A stretch of DNA of 45,940 nt from Planctomycetota bacterium (GCA_021781115.1 JAJXXL010000591.1:1-45940), one strand, 5' to 3'; counted from the stretch's first letter, positions 1-9,373 are shown. The notes: generated by a model from the sequence alone, not told the origin. Numbers and translations: made by a program.

Positions 1-1792
1 ACTGCTTGAGCTGGGGCAGGCTGTCTTCGAGCGCCTTGCGGGCTTCGGGCGATTCGGCTCGCAATTGCGCCGTCAGTGCCCCATTCTTGATCGAGACGTC
101 GATTTGCAGCGCACCCAATTCGGGCGGGCTGAGGCGCAGTTGCATCGACTGCCCCGTGCGATACGACGTTTGCACGCCGTACGCAACCTGGCCGAGCAAT
201 TGCTGGACATTGATCGGATCGGTACCCGCCCCAGCCGATGCGGTGGATTCGGTCGGCAAATCATTCATCGGGTTGGCGCTCACATCTGCCAGACTCGTCG
301 GCGGCGCAGTGCCGGTCGCAGCTCCCGCCCCTGCGTTTTCTCCCGACATTTTCGTCGTACCCGCGGCCGCAGTCGGCTTGCCTGCCGACAGGCTCGCGGC
401 CCCCGACGTCGAGGTGAGCGGGGTGACGGTGGTGACCACCGCAGCAGGCGTGATCGGCGGAACTGATGCCGCGACGTTCATCCCCAGCCCCAATGTCGCC
501 AGCGACGGACCGGTTGCCGCAGTATTCGCAATATGTTGTGCCGCCCGATTCGCGGCTTCTTCAGGAGAAATCCGGGCGGCCGAATCAAGGTTCGTCGAGG
601 TCAAACCGGGCGTCGGTCCGGCGGCCGGGTTGGTCGGCGACTGAGAATTCGCCTTAACCAGATTTTCTGCCCCCGGGTTCACGGTTGGCGGCTTGTCACT
701 GGTTGGCAGCGCGGCGGGCAGGGGTGACGTGCTGGCGATGCTCGGTCTGGTGATGTCGACCGGTTTTGGCGGGGCGACATTTTGAGGCGTCGAACCCGGC
801 GCCGCGGCGCCCGCGTCAGCGGGCGCGGTTGCCAAAGGAGCCGCACGCGCCGGCACAACGGGCACTCGCGGCACAGTACTTGTCGACGTCACGGGTGGGG
901 CACTCGCGAATACGCGATCAGCCGTCGCGGTGGAGGCCGGTTCGGAAGGCGGTGGCATGGTTGCCGCCAGTTTCGGCGGCATGGCGGCCGCCGTGGTACT
1001 CGTGTTTTTGCTGGTTGGAGTCAGGGAAACGACGGGAACTGCGCTGGCCAGGGCTTTCGTTTCAGCGGCTGCCGTTGCGCTGGCTGAAGCCCCGGGCGCC
1101 TGCGCCGGCGTTTCGCGGCTGGTGGGAATTGCCGTCTGAGGTGCAGGGGTCGCGTTGATCGGCACCGGTTTGGATGATTGGCTGATCTGGGCCGCAAACG
1201 TGGCTGTCAGGCCGGCCGGAGGCGCGGCAGGGCTGCCGCCCGTCGATGTCGCCGTCATCGCAGCGCCAGAGCGTGTCTTGGTGGCGGCGTCCGCCGGGGC
1301 GACGACGGTTGTCAAGGCGGCAGCCAACGCCGCCGGGGGCGCACCCACCATTGCAGACGTGTTGCTGGCGCTCGTCGACGGCGTGCTCTGAGCAGGCATG
1401 TCGCCGTGATTCTGAGTTCGCTCCGGCTTGCGAGCCGGAGCTGGAGACGGCGTTGGCGGCGTTGGCGGCGAGGACGACGACGGGGGTGCGGGGTGCGATG
1501 CGACCGGCGGCGCCGCGCCGCGCGAGTTCTGGCCGCCCGCTGTGCTTGCCGGTTGCAGCCCGCTCTGTTCGACCTGCCGCTCTGTGACTGCCTGGCCGAG
1601 CGGCAACTCTGACGGAACTGCTCCGCCGCCCGGGTTGGGCGCTGTGGTCGGTGTGATGGCGCCCTGAAGCAGTTCGCCGAACGGCGTTGGGCCGCTGCCG
1701 GCGGCATTGCCCGCGAGGCCCGTTCCGGCGGTGGGCGAGCCGGCCGATGCGGCGGTCGCCGCATTCGTTGGCGCAGGGAAGAGCGAATTCAT
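1..1792 (-). CDS. fliK: Flagellar hook-length control protein FliK (partial; C-terminus lies beyond the left edge)
   Basis: ATG at 1792-1790; my hand translation of this minus frame found no stop down to position 2 (about 597 codons). It is absent from the ORF track because no stop lies in the window. Begins MNSLFPAPTNAATAAS and is a long Pro/Ala/Thr/Ser-rich low-complexity region. Last residues read ...QSMQLRLSPPELGALQIDVSIKNGALTAQLRAESPEARKALEDSLPQLKQ, matching the conserved FliK C-terminal (Flg_hook) core. Lies downstream of fliJ and the ylxF-like gene, as in other flagellar operons. Confidence 0.75.
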   Translation of the reverse strand, partial: MNSLFPAPTNAATAASAGSPTAGTGLAGNAAGSGPTPFGELLQGAITPTTAPNPGGGAVPSELPLGQAVTERQVEQSGLQPASTAGGQNSRGAAPPVASHPAPPSSSSPPTPPTPSPAPARKPERTQNHGDMPAQSTPSTSASNTSAMVGAPPAALAAALTTVVAPADAATKTRSGAAMTATSTGGSPAAPPAGLTATFAAQISQSSKPVPINATPAPQTAIPTSRETPAQAPGASASATAAAETKALASAVPVVSLTPTSKNTSTTAAAMPPKLAATMPPPSEPASTATADRVFASAPPVTSTSTVPRVPVVPARAAPLATAPADAGAAAPGSTPQNVAPPKPVDITRPSIASTSPLPAALPTSDKPPTVNPGAENLVKANSQSPTNPAAGPTPGLTSTNLDSAARISPEEAANRAAQHIANTAATGPSLATLGLGMNVAASVPPITPAAVVTTVTPLTSTSGAASLSAGKPTAAAGTTKMSGENAGAGAATGTAPPTSLADVSANPMNDLPTESTASAGAGTDPINVQQLLGQVAYGVQTSYRTGQSMQLRLSPPELGALQIDVSIKNGALTAQLRAESPEARKALEDSLPQLKQ

Positions 1793-1910
1793 GAAGCACC
1801 GCCGCAAATCACAAAGTCTGAACTGAAACCTGGGCGACGACATACGACCGGCGTGCGACAGACGTCGGTGGTGACTTCAAACTGGTCCCGTTTTCGAGGG
1901 CGAGCGACTC

Positions 1911-2582
1911 CTACAGATTGCGTTCGGGTTGATCCTTGGCGTTCGCGTTGAACTGGCGACTGGCCTCGTCGAAGAACTCTTTTGCGGGCGAACCGCGACT
2001 GAGCGCTTCGAAGATTTTCCGCCCGCGCTCGAGTTGCTCGGGTGTACCGTTGAATTCTTCCAGAATTTTTGCAAGGGCCTTGTCTGCCATCCCCTTGAGC
2101 AACACGACATTTTCATCCAGCGGCAACTGCATCAGCTTTTCGACGGCGTCTTTGGCGGGCAACGCCAGCAACACGCCGCGCGCCTGCTCGGTTGCCGCCG
2201 ACATGCCGGCCTCCTGCAACCGAGTGAGTTCTTCCTCGAACGCCTTACGCTGAGCCCTGAAGGTTTCCTGTTCGAGATTCAGATCGCTCTTTTTGCTGCC
2301 CGCCATGCCTTTCAGGACGTTCAATTCGCTTTCGCGTTTCTCAAGATCCAGAATTTTGACGGCTCGCGCCTGGGTGACTTCCTGCAATGAGGGCTGCGGT
2401 CTGGCGGGCAGCTCTTCGGCTTCCTGTTCCTTGGCGGCCGCTGTGCTGAACACCAGTCGGATTTCCTGCAGGTGGTGAGGCGTAAGCAGCCCGGCTTTCC
2501 ACATCAGCAGGGCTGCCCCTGCCTCTGACAACACGATCGCCACGCAGGCGCAGGACAGAATCAGCACCAAGGCCCTGATCAT
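1911..2582 (-). CDS. YlxF/MotE-like flagellar protein (MgtE_N-like helical domain, N-terminal membrane anchor)
   Basis: 223 aa with an N-terminal hydrophobic helix (MIRALVLILSCACVAIVL). The coiled-coil middle and the C-terminal ...LLALPAKDAVEKLMQLPLDENVVLLKGMADKALAKILEEF resemble the MgtE intracellular N-domain fold seen in ylxF/flbB/motE genes. Its start overlaps the fliJ stop by 4 nt and it sits between fliJ and fliK. Confidence 0.55.
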   Translation of the reverse strand: MIRALVLILSCACVAIVLSEAGAALLMWKAGLLTPHHLQEIRLVFSTAAAKEQEAEELPARPQPSLQEVTQARAVKILDLEKRESELNVLKGMAGSKKSDLNLEQETFRAQRKAFEEELTRLQEAGMSAATEQARGVLLALPAKDAVEKLMQLPLDENVVLLKGMADKALAKILEEFNGTPEQLERGRKIFEALSRGSPAKEFFDEASRQFNANAKDQPERNL

Positions 2583-3031
2583 GACTGCGGCTCCAGGGCG
2601 TGAACCGCTTGCCAGGTCTCTTCAAGTTCGCGCGCGGCGCGGCGTTCCTGATCGAATTCGAGTTCGGCCCGCTGCTTTTCGGCCAGCTTCTCAAGCGCCT
2701 GGACCGCTTGATCGGCCCGAATGAGCGATTGGCGGCACACCTTGATCTGCTGGACAAGCAACGCCTGATTCCGTTCGAGGAGGACAAGTTCGCCGATCAG
2801 GTTGTTGGCATAGAACCGGCGGGCGGTCGAGGCGTCGATGTTGACTCGGCCGCCACCGAGCAGCCGCCTGACTTCGTCGAGCTGCGCTGCGCGCTCCTGC
2901 TCGACGGCGCCGCGGCGGGCACGGAGCTCGGCATCGCGGCGAAGAATTTCGGCGAGCAACTGCTGGCACAGCTCGCGCTGGTTTTTCCGCAGTTTGAGAA
3001 TGGGTTCGAATTGGAAAGCAAATTTCTTCAC
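2579..3031 (-). CDS. fliJ: Flagellar export chaperone/stalk protein FliJ
   Basis: 150 aa, fully coiled-coil. The N-terminus MKKFAFQFEPILKLRKNQRELCQQ is typical of FliJ, and it lies immediately downstream of fliI. Confidence 0.75.
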   Translation of the reverse strand: MKKFAFQFEPILKLRKNQRELCQQLLAEILRRDAELRARRGAVEQERAAQLDEVRRLLGGGRVNIDASTARRFYANNLIGELVLLERNQALLVQQIKVCRQSLIRADQAVQALEKLAEKQRAELEFDQERRAARELEETWQAVHALEPQS

Positions 3032-3065
3032 GATCAGACCGACGGTTTACGGCGAGGGCGGCAGT

Positions 3066-4385
3066 TCACGATTTCACGAGGTTGTTTCGCAGCCGCGCCA
3101 AATGCACCAGGGCCTCGACCGACGCAGGCAGCGCGGCCTTCTCCGACATCCCCTGCTGCAGGAATTTGCGTGTTTCTTCGCGAAGTTTGAGCGCGGCGTC
3201 GACCAGCGGGTTTGACCCCGCCTGGTAAGCGCCGATCAAAATCAGATCTTCCGACTGCTGGTACGCCGCGAGCATTTGCTTGATCGCCGCCGCAGCCTGG
3301 CGATGCTCGGGCGCGGTGACATCGGGCATCGACCGGCTGATGCTCGACAATACGTCGATCGCCGGCCAATGGGCCTGGTGCGCCAGTTTTCGAGAAAGCA
3401 TGATGTGACCGTCGAGAATGCCGCGCACTGCATCTGAAATCGGCTCGTTGGCGTCGTCGGCTTCAACCAGGACGGTGTAAAATCCGGTAATACTTCCCTG
3501 ATTTGTTTTACCGCTACGCTCGAGCAATCGGGGCAGCAGGGCGAAAACACTGGGCGGGTAGCCTCTTGTGGCCGGGGGTTCGCCCGCCGCCAGCCCGATT
3601 TCCCGCTGGGCAAGTGCAAACCGGGTAACGCTGTCCATCATCAACAGGACGTCGCGGCCGGCGTCGCGAAAGAACTCGGCAATCGCCGTTCCGACAAATG
3701 CCGCCCGCAGCCGGACGAGCGCGGGTTCATCACTGGTCGCCACCACAACCACGCTGCGGGCCAGCCCCTCCGGCCCTAAATCCTTGTCGAGGAATTCGCG
3801 GACTTCACGCCCGCGCTCGCCGACCAGCACGACCACGTTCACGTCGGCCGTGCTCGACCGCGCCATTTGCCCCATGAGGACACTTTTCCCCACACCGCTG
3901 CCAGCGAAAATCCCCAGGCGTTGCCCTTTGCCACATGTCAGCAAGGCGTCAATTGCGCGAATGCCGGTTCCCAGGGGCGCATCGATTCGCGGTCGGCGAA
4001 GCGGAGAGGTGGGCACAGTTCGGAGGTTGGCCCGATGCGGCAGCACGGGCGGGGGCAGGTCGTCGAGAAATCGGCCCCGCCCATCGAGCACGCGCCCCAG
4101 CAATCGCTCGCCCACGTGAATTCCCGGAACCGATTGCACGAGCGACACGCGATTGCCGCGGCGAACGCCGGTCAGGTCGCCATAGGGCAACAGCACCGTT
4201 TCCTCGTGATGAAACCCCACCACTTCACCGGCAATCTGGCCGCCGTCTTCGCACGCGATGTGGCACACGGCCCCCAGTGGTGCGGGAAACCCGGCCACCG
4301 ACGCGGTCAGCCCCACGATGCGAGTCACGCTGCCCACCAGCCCGACTGGCAGAATCGATTGAACATGGTCTTCGACAGCCTGCAT
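3066..4385 (-). CDS. fliI: Flagellum-specific ATPase FliI
   Basis: 439 aa. Walker A IFAGSGVGKSVLMG and Walker B region DVLLMMDSVTRFALAQREI. Shows the F1/T3SS-ATPase architecture and lies between fliH and fliJ. Confidence 0.95.
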   Translation of the reverse strand: MQAVEDHVQSILPVGLVGSVTRIVGLTASVAGFPAPLGAVCHIACEDGGQIAGEVVGFHHEETVLLPYGDLTGVRRGNRVSLVQSVPGIHVGERLLGRVLDGRGRFLDDLPPPVLPHRANLRTVPTSPLRRPRIDAPLGTGIRAIDALLTCGKGQRLGIFAGSGVGKSVLMGQMARSSTADVNVVVLVGERGREVREFLDKDLGPEGLARSVVVVATSDEPALVRLRAAFVGTAIAEFFRDAGRDVLLMMDSVTRFALAQREIGLAAGEPPATRGYPPSVFALLPRLLERSGKTNQGSITGFYTVLVEADDANEPISDAVRGILDGHIMLSRKLAHQAHWPAIDVLSSISRSMPDVTAPEHRQAAAAIKQMLAAYQQSEDLILIGAYQAGSNPLVDAALKLREETRKFLQQGMSEKAALPASVEALVHLARLRNNLVKS

Positions 4386-4388
4386 GAA

Positions 4389-5162
4389 TCAGTTCCCTTC
4401 CAGCAACTCCGCGGCCACGCGGGCCAGTTGCGTTTCCAACCGCCCGTCGATTACGCCATGCCGCGTTTCAATCAGGCACCCTCCGCGCGAGACCTGTTCA
4501 TCGGCCACGAGTACGGCATCGGCGACAGGGCAGAACCGATCGAGCACCTCCTGCCCCGTGGGGCCGAGTTCCGCCACGTCGAGCGGGTGCATGCGAATCT
4601 TCAATTGGGGAATGCCGGCAGCCAGTTGCAATAATTCGGGAATCATTTGCACGGCCCGAGATGGTTGCCGCTCGAGCTCGCCGCGCAGGATCTTTTCGGC
4701 GATCGCCACGCTCAGCCTGATCGCGGCGGTTTCCCAGGCGGCGATCCAGCGGTCGCGTTCGACGTGCAAGCCCGCCGTCACGGCTTCCAGCGCCGGCAGC
4801 GTAGTCCGCAGGCGATCGGCCGTCTGCTGGTTGGCCAGTTCGGCAGCGCGAGCCGCGATCGCCTGGCCGGCCGACTGCAACCCCTGGGCCTGGCCTTCAG
4901 CATGCCCGGCCGCGACGGCCTGGCGGCGAATTTCAGCAGCTTCGGCATGCGCGTCGGCCACCAATTTGCGGGCGTGTTCGCGGGTCTGGGCCAGGTATTC
5001 GTCGCACTGGCGGCGCAGATCGTCATAATTGAAGGCGACCGACGGCCCCAACCGCTGGGTTGAGTGGGCCTTGAGCAGCCGCTGAGGTTCCGGTGCAGGC
5101 ATGACGAACTCGACCCCGATGATAAAACGGACGGTGAAATACGGCGGGCGGGGGCGGGGCAT
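4389..5162 (-). CDS. fliH: Flagellar assembly protein FliH
   Basis: Ala/Glu-rich coiled N-half and a C-terminal FliH/YscL-like domain (...VLVADEQVSRGGCLIETRHGVIDGRLETQLARV). Lies between fliG and fliI. The true start is probably the internal ATG at 5102 (MPAPEPQRLL...). Confidence 0.8.
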   Translation of the reverse strand: MPRPRPPYFTVRFIIGVEFVMPAPEPQRLLKAHSTQRLGPSVAFNYDDLRRQCDEYLAQTREHARKLVADAHAEAAEIRRQAVAAGHAEGQAQGLQSAGQAIAARAAELANQQTADRLRTTLPALEAVTAGLHVERDRWIAAWETAAIRLSVAIAEKILRGELERQPSRAVQMIPELLQLAAGIPQLKIRMHPLDVAELGPTGQEVLDRFCPVADAVLVADEQVSRGGCLIETRHGVIDGRLETQLARVAAELLEGN

Positions 5163-5199
5163 TCAGCCTGGCTGCTGCGGCGGCCGTCGTGGGCTTGGG

Positions 5200-6195
5200 C
5201 TAGGTGATCATGCGATCGGTATCGGCCCCCGATCCGATCGTGATTTCTCCAGTTTCTTCGAGGCGGCGAACGGCATCGACGATCAGTTGTTGCGTGGCTT
5301 CGACATCGCTGACACGCACCGGGCCGAGGTATTCCATTTCCTCGATCAGCAGCGCCGACGCGCGCTGCGACAGGTTTCCGAGGATCTTGTTCTTGAGTTC
5401 TTCCGACGCGCCTTTGAGCGACAGAGCCCACTGGCTGTTATCAACCTGCTTGAGCAGCGCCTGGATCGACTTGTCGTCGAGCTTGAGCAGGTCGTCGAAC
5501 ACGAACATCAACCGGCGAATGCGGTCGACCAGTTCGGGGTCGTCCTGTTCGAGGTTTTCGAGAATACCCTTGTTCGTCAGGCGATCGGTGACGTTCAGAA
5601 TCTGGGCCACGGCCGAGACCCCGCCCGCCTTTTCCAGTTGCTGGCTGAACGTTGAAATCATCCGGGCTTCCAGGCTTTTCTCCACATCGCGCACAACTTC
5701 GGGGTTCGTTTGTTCCATGTGCGCCACGCGGCGGATGACCTCCAGTTGCTTGTTCGAAGGCAACCCGCCCAGAACTTCGGCCGCCAGCGATGTGGGCAAG
5801 TGCGACATGATCAGCGCGATGGTTTGCGGGTGCTCTTCGACAACGAATGTCAGCAGGTTTTCGGCGCCGGCCTTTTGCAAGAATCCAAAGGGCACCGAGC
5901 TCATCGACTGCTTGACGCTATCGAGAATTGCCGTGGCCTTTTCCTTGCCCAGCGATTGTTCAAGCAGGTCGTGGGCGTAATCCATGCCGCCGCGTTCAAT
6001 ATGCTTTCGCGCCAAGCCCAGATTGTAGAATTCTTCAATGACCGCTTCCTGCTCTTCGCGGGTCACGTCGTCGAGCTGCGCGATTTCCATCGTCACCGAT
6101 TCGACCGACTCCTTGTTCATCTGGCTCAGAATCTCGGCGGCCAAGGGCTTGTCGAGACTGAGCAGCACAATGGCGGCTTTGCGGAGGCCGGTCAT
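5200..6195 (-). CDS. fliG: Flagellar motor switch protein FliG
   Basis: EHPQ motif (VVEEHPQTIALIMSHL) and MFxF motif (RRLMFVFDDL). The likely start is the ATG at 6195 (MTGLRKAAIVLLSL); the track ORF extends to 6279 through non-protein-like sequence. Confidence 0.93.
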   Translation of the reverse strand: MTGLRKAAIVLLSLDKPLAAEILSQMNKESVESVTMEIAQLDDVTREEQEAVIEEFYNLGLARKHIERGGMDYAHDLLEQSLGKEKATAILDSVKQSMSSVPFGFLQKAGAENLLTFVVEEHPQTIALIMSHLPTSLAAEVLGGLPSNKQLEVIRRVAHMEQTNPEVVRDVEKSLEARMISTFSQQLEKAGGVSAVAQILNVTDRLTNKGILENLEQDDPELVDRIRRLMFVFDDLLKLDDKSIQALLKQVDNSQWALSLKGASEELKNKILGNLSQRASALLIEEMEYLGPVRVSDVEATQQLIVDAVRRLEETGEITIGSGADTDRMIT

Positions 6196-6316
6196 GGAGT
6201 CACGCCGTGTTAGGAAGAGATGCCGTGGTTCAGTTAAAGATCGGGGGGCAGATCGTATCAGGTCCGCCCATGAGATCAAACAGCGGTTTTGTGCCTCAAC
6301 AGGCAGCCAGGCCGAC

Positions 6317-7921
6317 TCATTTCGCCGGCCCGATCCAGCGGCTGATGACCGCCGCCGCCATTTCAGGGTTGTCTTTCACCAGCCCCTGCAATTGGTCACG
6401 CTTGGTGACTTCGCGCGGGGGCTCGTCGGCGGCCGGGGCAGCGGCTTTCGCTGGGGTATGGCCACCTGCGGCCGCCAGTTCGGGTCCGGTGGGCAGCTTT
6501 TTCAGGCTGCGGTTCAGCGCCCAGAGCGCCCAGAGCGCGAACAGGGCCAACCCCGCCGGCCCGCCCCAGTCGGCCAAGGCATCGTTGACGCGTTCGGCCA
6601 CGGGAATCGGCGACGGAAGTTCGTTGGTTTCGACACCGACGAAGGTGTTCACATTCACACTGTCGGGGGGCGACCCCACGGGAACGAGCTTGGCCACGAT
6701 TTGTTTGACCCGGGTGATTGTTTCCGTTTCGATCGGCTGCAACCGGGTTTCGAACGCCTGGCGGTCGGCGTCGGTGTCGCCGGGCTTAAGGCCCTGCTTG
6801 ACGGCGACCTTACGGTAATAATCACGGGGAATACCCACGGTCACCTGCACCGACTTGGGCAGCAAGCCCACGAACTCTTTTTCGCTGATCGTCGTGGTGA
6901 GCGGCACGTTTTCGCTGGTATTCATGGTTTTCTTGAGCGACCGCGAGCTTTCGGTCGAGGCCTGTTGCCGCACGTCGCGGGGGGTATTGGTCTTGACGCC
7001 CGGTTCGCTGTTCGGTCGGCGTTCGCTGTCGAGGTCGGTTTGCGTCTGTTCGACGCTTTTGACGGGAAATGAAGTTTTGCCGATGTCGCGCTGCTGCACG
7101 CGCGACGTCTTGAGGTTTTCGAGATCGACATGCACCGCCACGCGCACATCGGGAATGTACGACAGGGCCTGCTCGATCGTTTTCTGATGCATGGCCGAAA
7201 ACTGCTGAATCTGCTCGATGAACTGCGAATTGAACGGGTTGTTTTCATCGAGTTCGCGAATCGCCGTGCCCGTGAGCATATTGAACACGGTGACGTCGTC
7301 GGGCGCGAGGTCGGCGACGGCGCCCGCCACGAGAAACCGCAGCGAGCGCGCCAGTTCGGCCCGCAGGTCGCGGCCGCTGCGGGGCCGCACGCTGACGGTG
7401 GCCGTGACCCGCCCGGTCGCGCCGAAGGGCCGCGCGCGGGAACGCTCCCAGATTACGCTGGCATGTTCGATGTCAGGAATCGCACAGATGATCTTGGTCA
7501 GTTCGCGGGCCTTGGCGTGTTCGGCCATTTCGCGCCGTTCTGACTCGCTCGCAAACAGCGAAAACTTCTCATGCATTTTTTCCCATTCGGCCCCGAACCG
7601 CGCCGGCACCCCGCCTCCTTCGACCAGAGCCGCGTTGTACCGCGCCGCATCGGTGCGCGGAATTTGAATCTTTTGGCCCTCGATCACGAATTGCGTCAAC
7701 CCCGCCTGCTGCAACGCCTCTTGAGCATGTTTCAGCTCCTCGGTTGAAAACGTCTTGCCCCCCAGCAGGTAGTCGTGCGGCGGCGTGCGCCCGGCGTACA
7801 TCATCGCCGCCAGCGCCCCCACCACCAGCAACGGCAGGGCGGCCAGTGTCAGCCGCTGGCTCGGCGCCATGCCCTTGAATAAGTCGCGAAATTGCGCCAG
7901 CGTGCGTTGCAATGATTCCAT
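6317..7921 (-). CDS. fliF: Flagellar M-ring protein FliF
   Basis: 534 aa. N-terminal TM segment (LTLAALPLLVVGALAAMMYA), a YscJ/FliF-type periplasmic region, a second TM segment (GPAGLALFALWALWAL) and a C-terminal FliG-binding tail. Flanked by fliE and fliG. Confidence 0.92.
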   Translation of the reverse strand: MESLQRTLAQFRDLFKGMAPSQRLTLAALPLLVVGALAAMMYAGRTPPHDYLLGGKTFSTEELKHAQEALQQAGLTQFVIEGQKIQIPRTDAARYNAALVEGGGVPARFGAEWEKMHEKFSLFASESERREMAEHAKARELTKIICAIPDIEHASVIWERSRARPFGATGRVTATVSVRPRSGRDLRAELARSLRFLVAGAVADLAPDDVTVFNMLTGTAIRELDENNPFNSQFIEQIQQFSAMHQKTIEQALSYIPDVRVAVHVDLENLKTSRVQQRDIGKTSFPVKSVEQTQTDLDSERRPNSEPGVKTNTPRDVRQQASTESSRSLKKTMNTSENVPLTTTISEKEFVGLLPKSVQVTVGIPRDYYRKVAVKQGLKPGDTDADRQAFETRLQPIETETITRVKQIVAKLVPVGSPPDSVNVNTFVGVETNELPSPIPVAERVNDALADWGGPAGLALFALWALWALNRSLKKLPTGPELAAAGGHTPAKAAAPAADEPPREVTKRDQLQGLVKDNPEMAAAVISRWIGPAK

Positions 7922-7991
7922 GATGCGTCCTTTTCATCACGTTCTTTGGGGGGAGGGCGATTCGGGCTGAGCGTGGCATGCGGCCGCCGTG

Positions 7992-8309
7992 CTACATCCG
8001 AATCTGCTTGATCTCGTTGTACGCATCGACCAGCTTGTTGCGGATCTGCAACATGGTCCGCAATGCCAAATCGGCCTTCTTGACTGCCGTGAACACCTCG
8101 GCGGGGGTCAAATCGTTTTCCGCCAGACCGCTGGCAATGGCCGATTGGGCCTGCCGGTCAACCTGGTTTACGTTTTCCAGCGAGTTCAGCAACACGTCCT
8201 GGAAACTGAGGCCCGCCGGCGCGGCGGGTGCGGCCGCCGGCCCGACCACCGCCGGCGAAATCGGGCCCAGCGACGGAACCTGGCCAACGCCGCTCAAGGG
8301 GAAAGGCAT
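7992..8309 (-). CDS. fliE: Flagellar hook-basal body complex protein FliE
   Basis: 105 aa. The C-terminal ...EVFTAVKKADLALRTMLQIRNKLVDAYNEIKQIRM is the conserved FliE helix. Follows flgC. Confidence 0.88.
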   Translation of the reverse strand: MPFPLSGVGQVPSLGPISPAVVGPAAAPAAPAGLSFQDVLLNSLENVNQVDRQAQSAIASGLAENDLTPAEVFTAVKKADLALRTMLQIRNKLVDAYNEIKQIRM

Positions 8310-8320
8310 GAAACTGTCCT

Positions 8321-8731
8321 TCAGGCAAGAATTCGCAGAGACTGGTTGAAAATGCTCTTGGTCATGTCGATCGCCGCCACGTTGGCTTCATACGCCCGCG
8401 ACGCTTCGACCGCGTTCACGAACTCCTTCACGAGGTCAATACTCGGGTAGAGTACGTTGCCCTCGGCGTCGGCGTCGGGATGGGTGGGGTCATGAAACTT
8501 GCGCGGCCGGTTTTCGGAGTCGATCGCGACTTCGTATTTCACCCCCACCCCGCGGCCGGCATCGCCGCCGTCGTCATCCGCGGCAAATGTAACCATGCGC
8601 CGTTGAAAGGGCGACGGCTTTCCATTGGCGTCGCGCGTCGTGTTGATGTTGGCGATGTTGCCGGCAATCGTGTTCATCCGTTGCCGCTGGGCAGCCAGCC
8701 CGCTAGTGCTGACGTCGAGTGCACGAAACAT
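8321..8731 (-). CDS. flgC: Flagellar basal-body rod protein FlgC
   Basis: 136 aa. N-terminal rod motif MFRALDVSTSGLAAQRQRMNTIAGNIANINTTR and C-terminal ...EANVAAIDMTKSIFNQSLRI. Confidence 0.93.
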   Translation of the reverse strand: MFRALDVSTSGLAAQRQRMNTIAGNIANINTTRDANGKPSPFQRRMVTFAADDDGGDAGRGVGVKYEVAIDSENRPRKFHDPTHPDADAEGNVLYPSIDLVKEFVNAVEASRAYEANVAAIDMTKSIFNQSLRILA

Positions 8732-8917
8732 GAGGAATCACGCTCTTCTAATGGTCAGGAACCACAAATGGGAGGCGCCGGCCACGCGCGGCTCACCGCA
8801 TACCTGGGCAGTTCACGCCCGATACCGGGCCGAAAATCGTGTGTTTGGCGAGGGAAATGACTGGATAGTAACGGATGTGAATTCGAGATCTACGCGGCGG
8901 CATTCAGGCCGCCCGGG

Positions 8918-9364
8918 CTAGGGACGCTCACTGATGACCGCCTGCAGGCGGGTGAATTGTGCATTCATTAACTGTACCGCCATGCTTTGCATCAGCGAGT
9001 TCTTCGTAACCTGCATGGCCAGGAGTTCGATATTTCGATTATTGCCGTCCTGAAACGTCGGGCCGGGGTCGGCCGCCTCGACCGCCTGAAACAACTCGTC
9101 GCGAAAGACCTGAGCCGGCCGATTTTGCCCCGCGACGTCGTGAAATGCCCAGTTGGCCGAAGCAGGTTGGTCGGGCAGCGTGCGGGCTGCGACTGCGGCC
9201 CGCAGCGCCTCTTGAAACGCCTCGGTGGGCAAATCGCGCGACCGGTAGTCAGGAGTGCTGACGTTGGCCAGATTGCCCGCCAGAACCTCCTGCCGGCGTT
9301 CGGTGAACGCGGCCACCTTTTGCAGCAGCGGGATCGTCGAAGAATCAAACAGCGCATTGAACAT
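8918..9364 (-). CDS. flgB: Flagellar basal-body rod protein FlgB
   Basis: 148 aa. Rod N-terminal motif ...RQEVLAGNLANVSTPDYRSRDL and a C-terminal helix. Lies upstream of flgC. Confidence 0.9.
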   Translation of the reverse strand: MFNALFDSSTIPLLQKVAAFTERRQEVLAGNLANVSTPDYRSRDLPTEAFQEALRAAVAARTLPDQPASANWAFHDVAGQNRPAQVFRDELFQAVEAADPGPTFQDGNNRNIELLAMQVTKNSLMQSMAVQLMNAQFTRLQAVISERP

Positions 9365-9373
9365 TGGGCGCCC

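Noticed and set aside
1440-1470. Short tandem DNA repeat (ggcgttggcggcgttggcggcg) that could be mistaken for a VNTR or CRISPR-like signal
   Set aside because: It encodes the PPTPPTP stretch of the low-complexity FliK ruler on the minus strand. There are only about two units with no spacer structure. No CRISPR-like array exists anywhere in the window.
6-1799. Multiple overlapping ORFs listed in the first 1.8 kb (for example 6..644+, 1062..1799-, 1312..1764-)
   Set aside because: The unlisted minus frame starting at 1792 stays open to the window edge and ends in a FliK C-terminal motif. The listed ORFs are its alternative-frame shadows.
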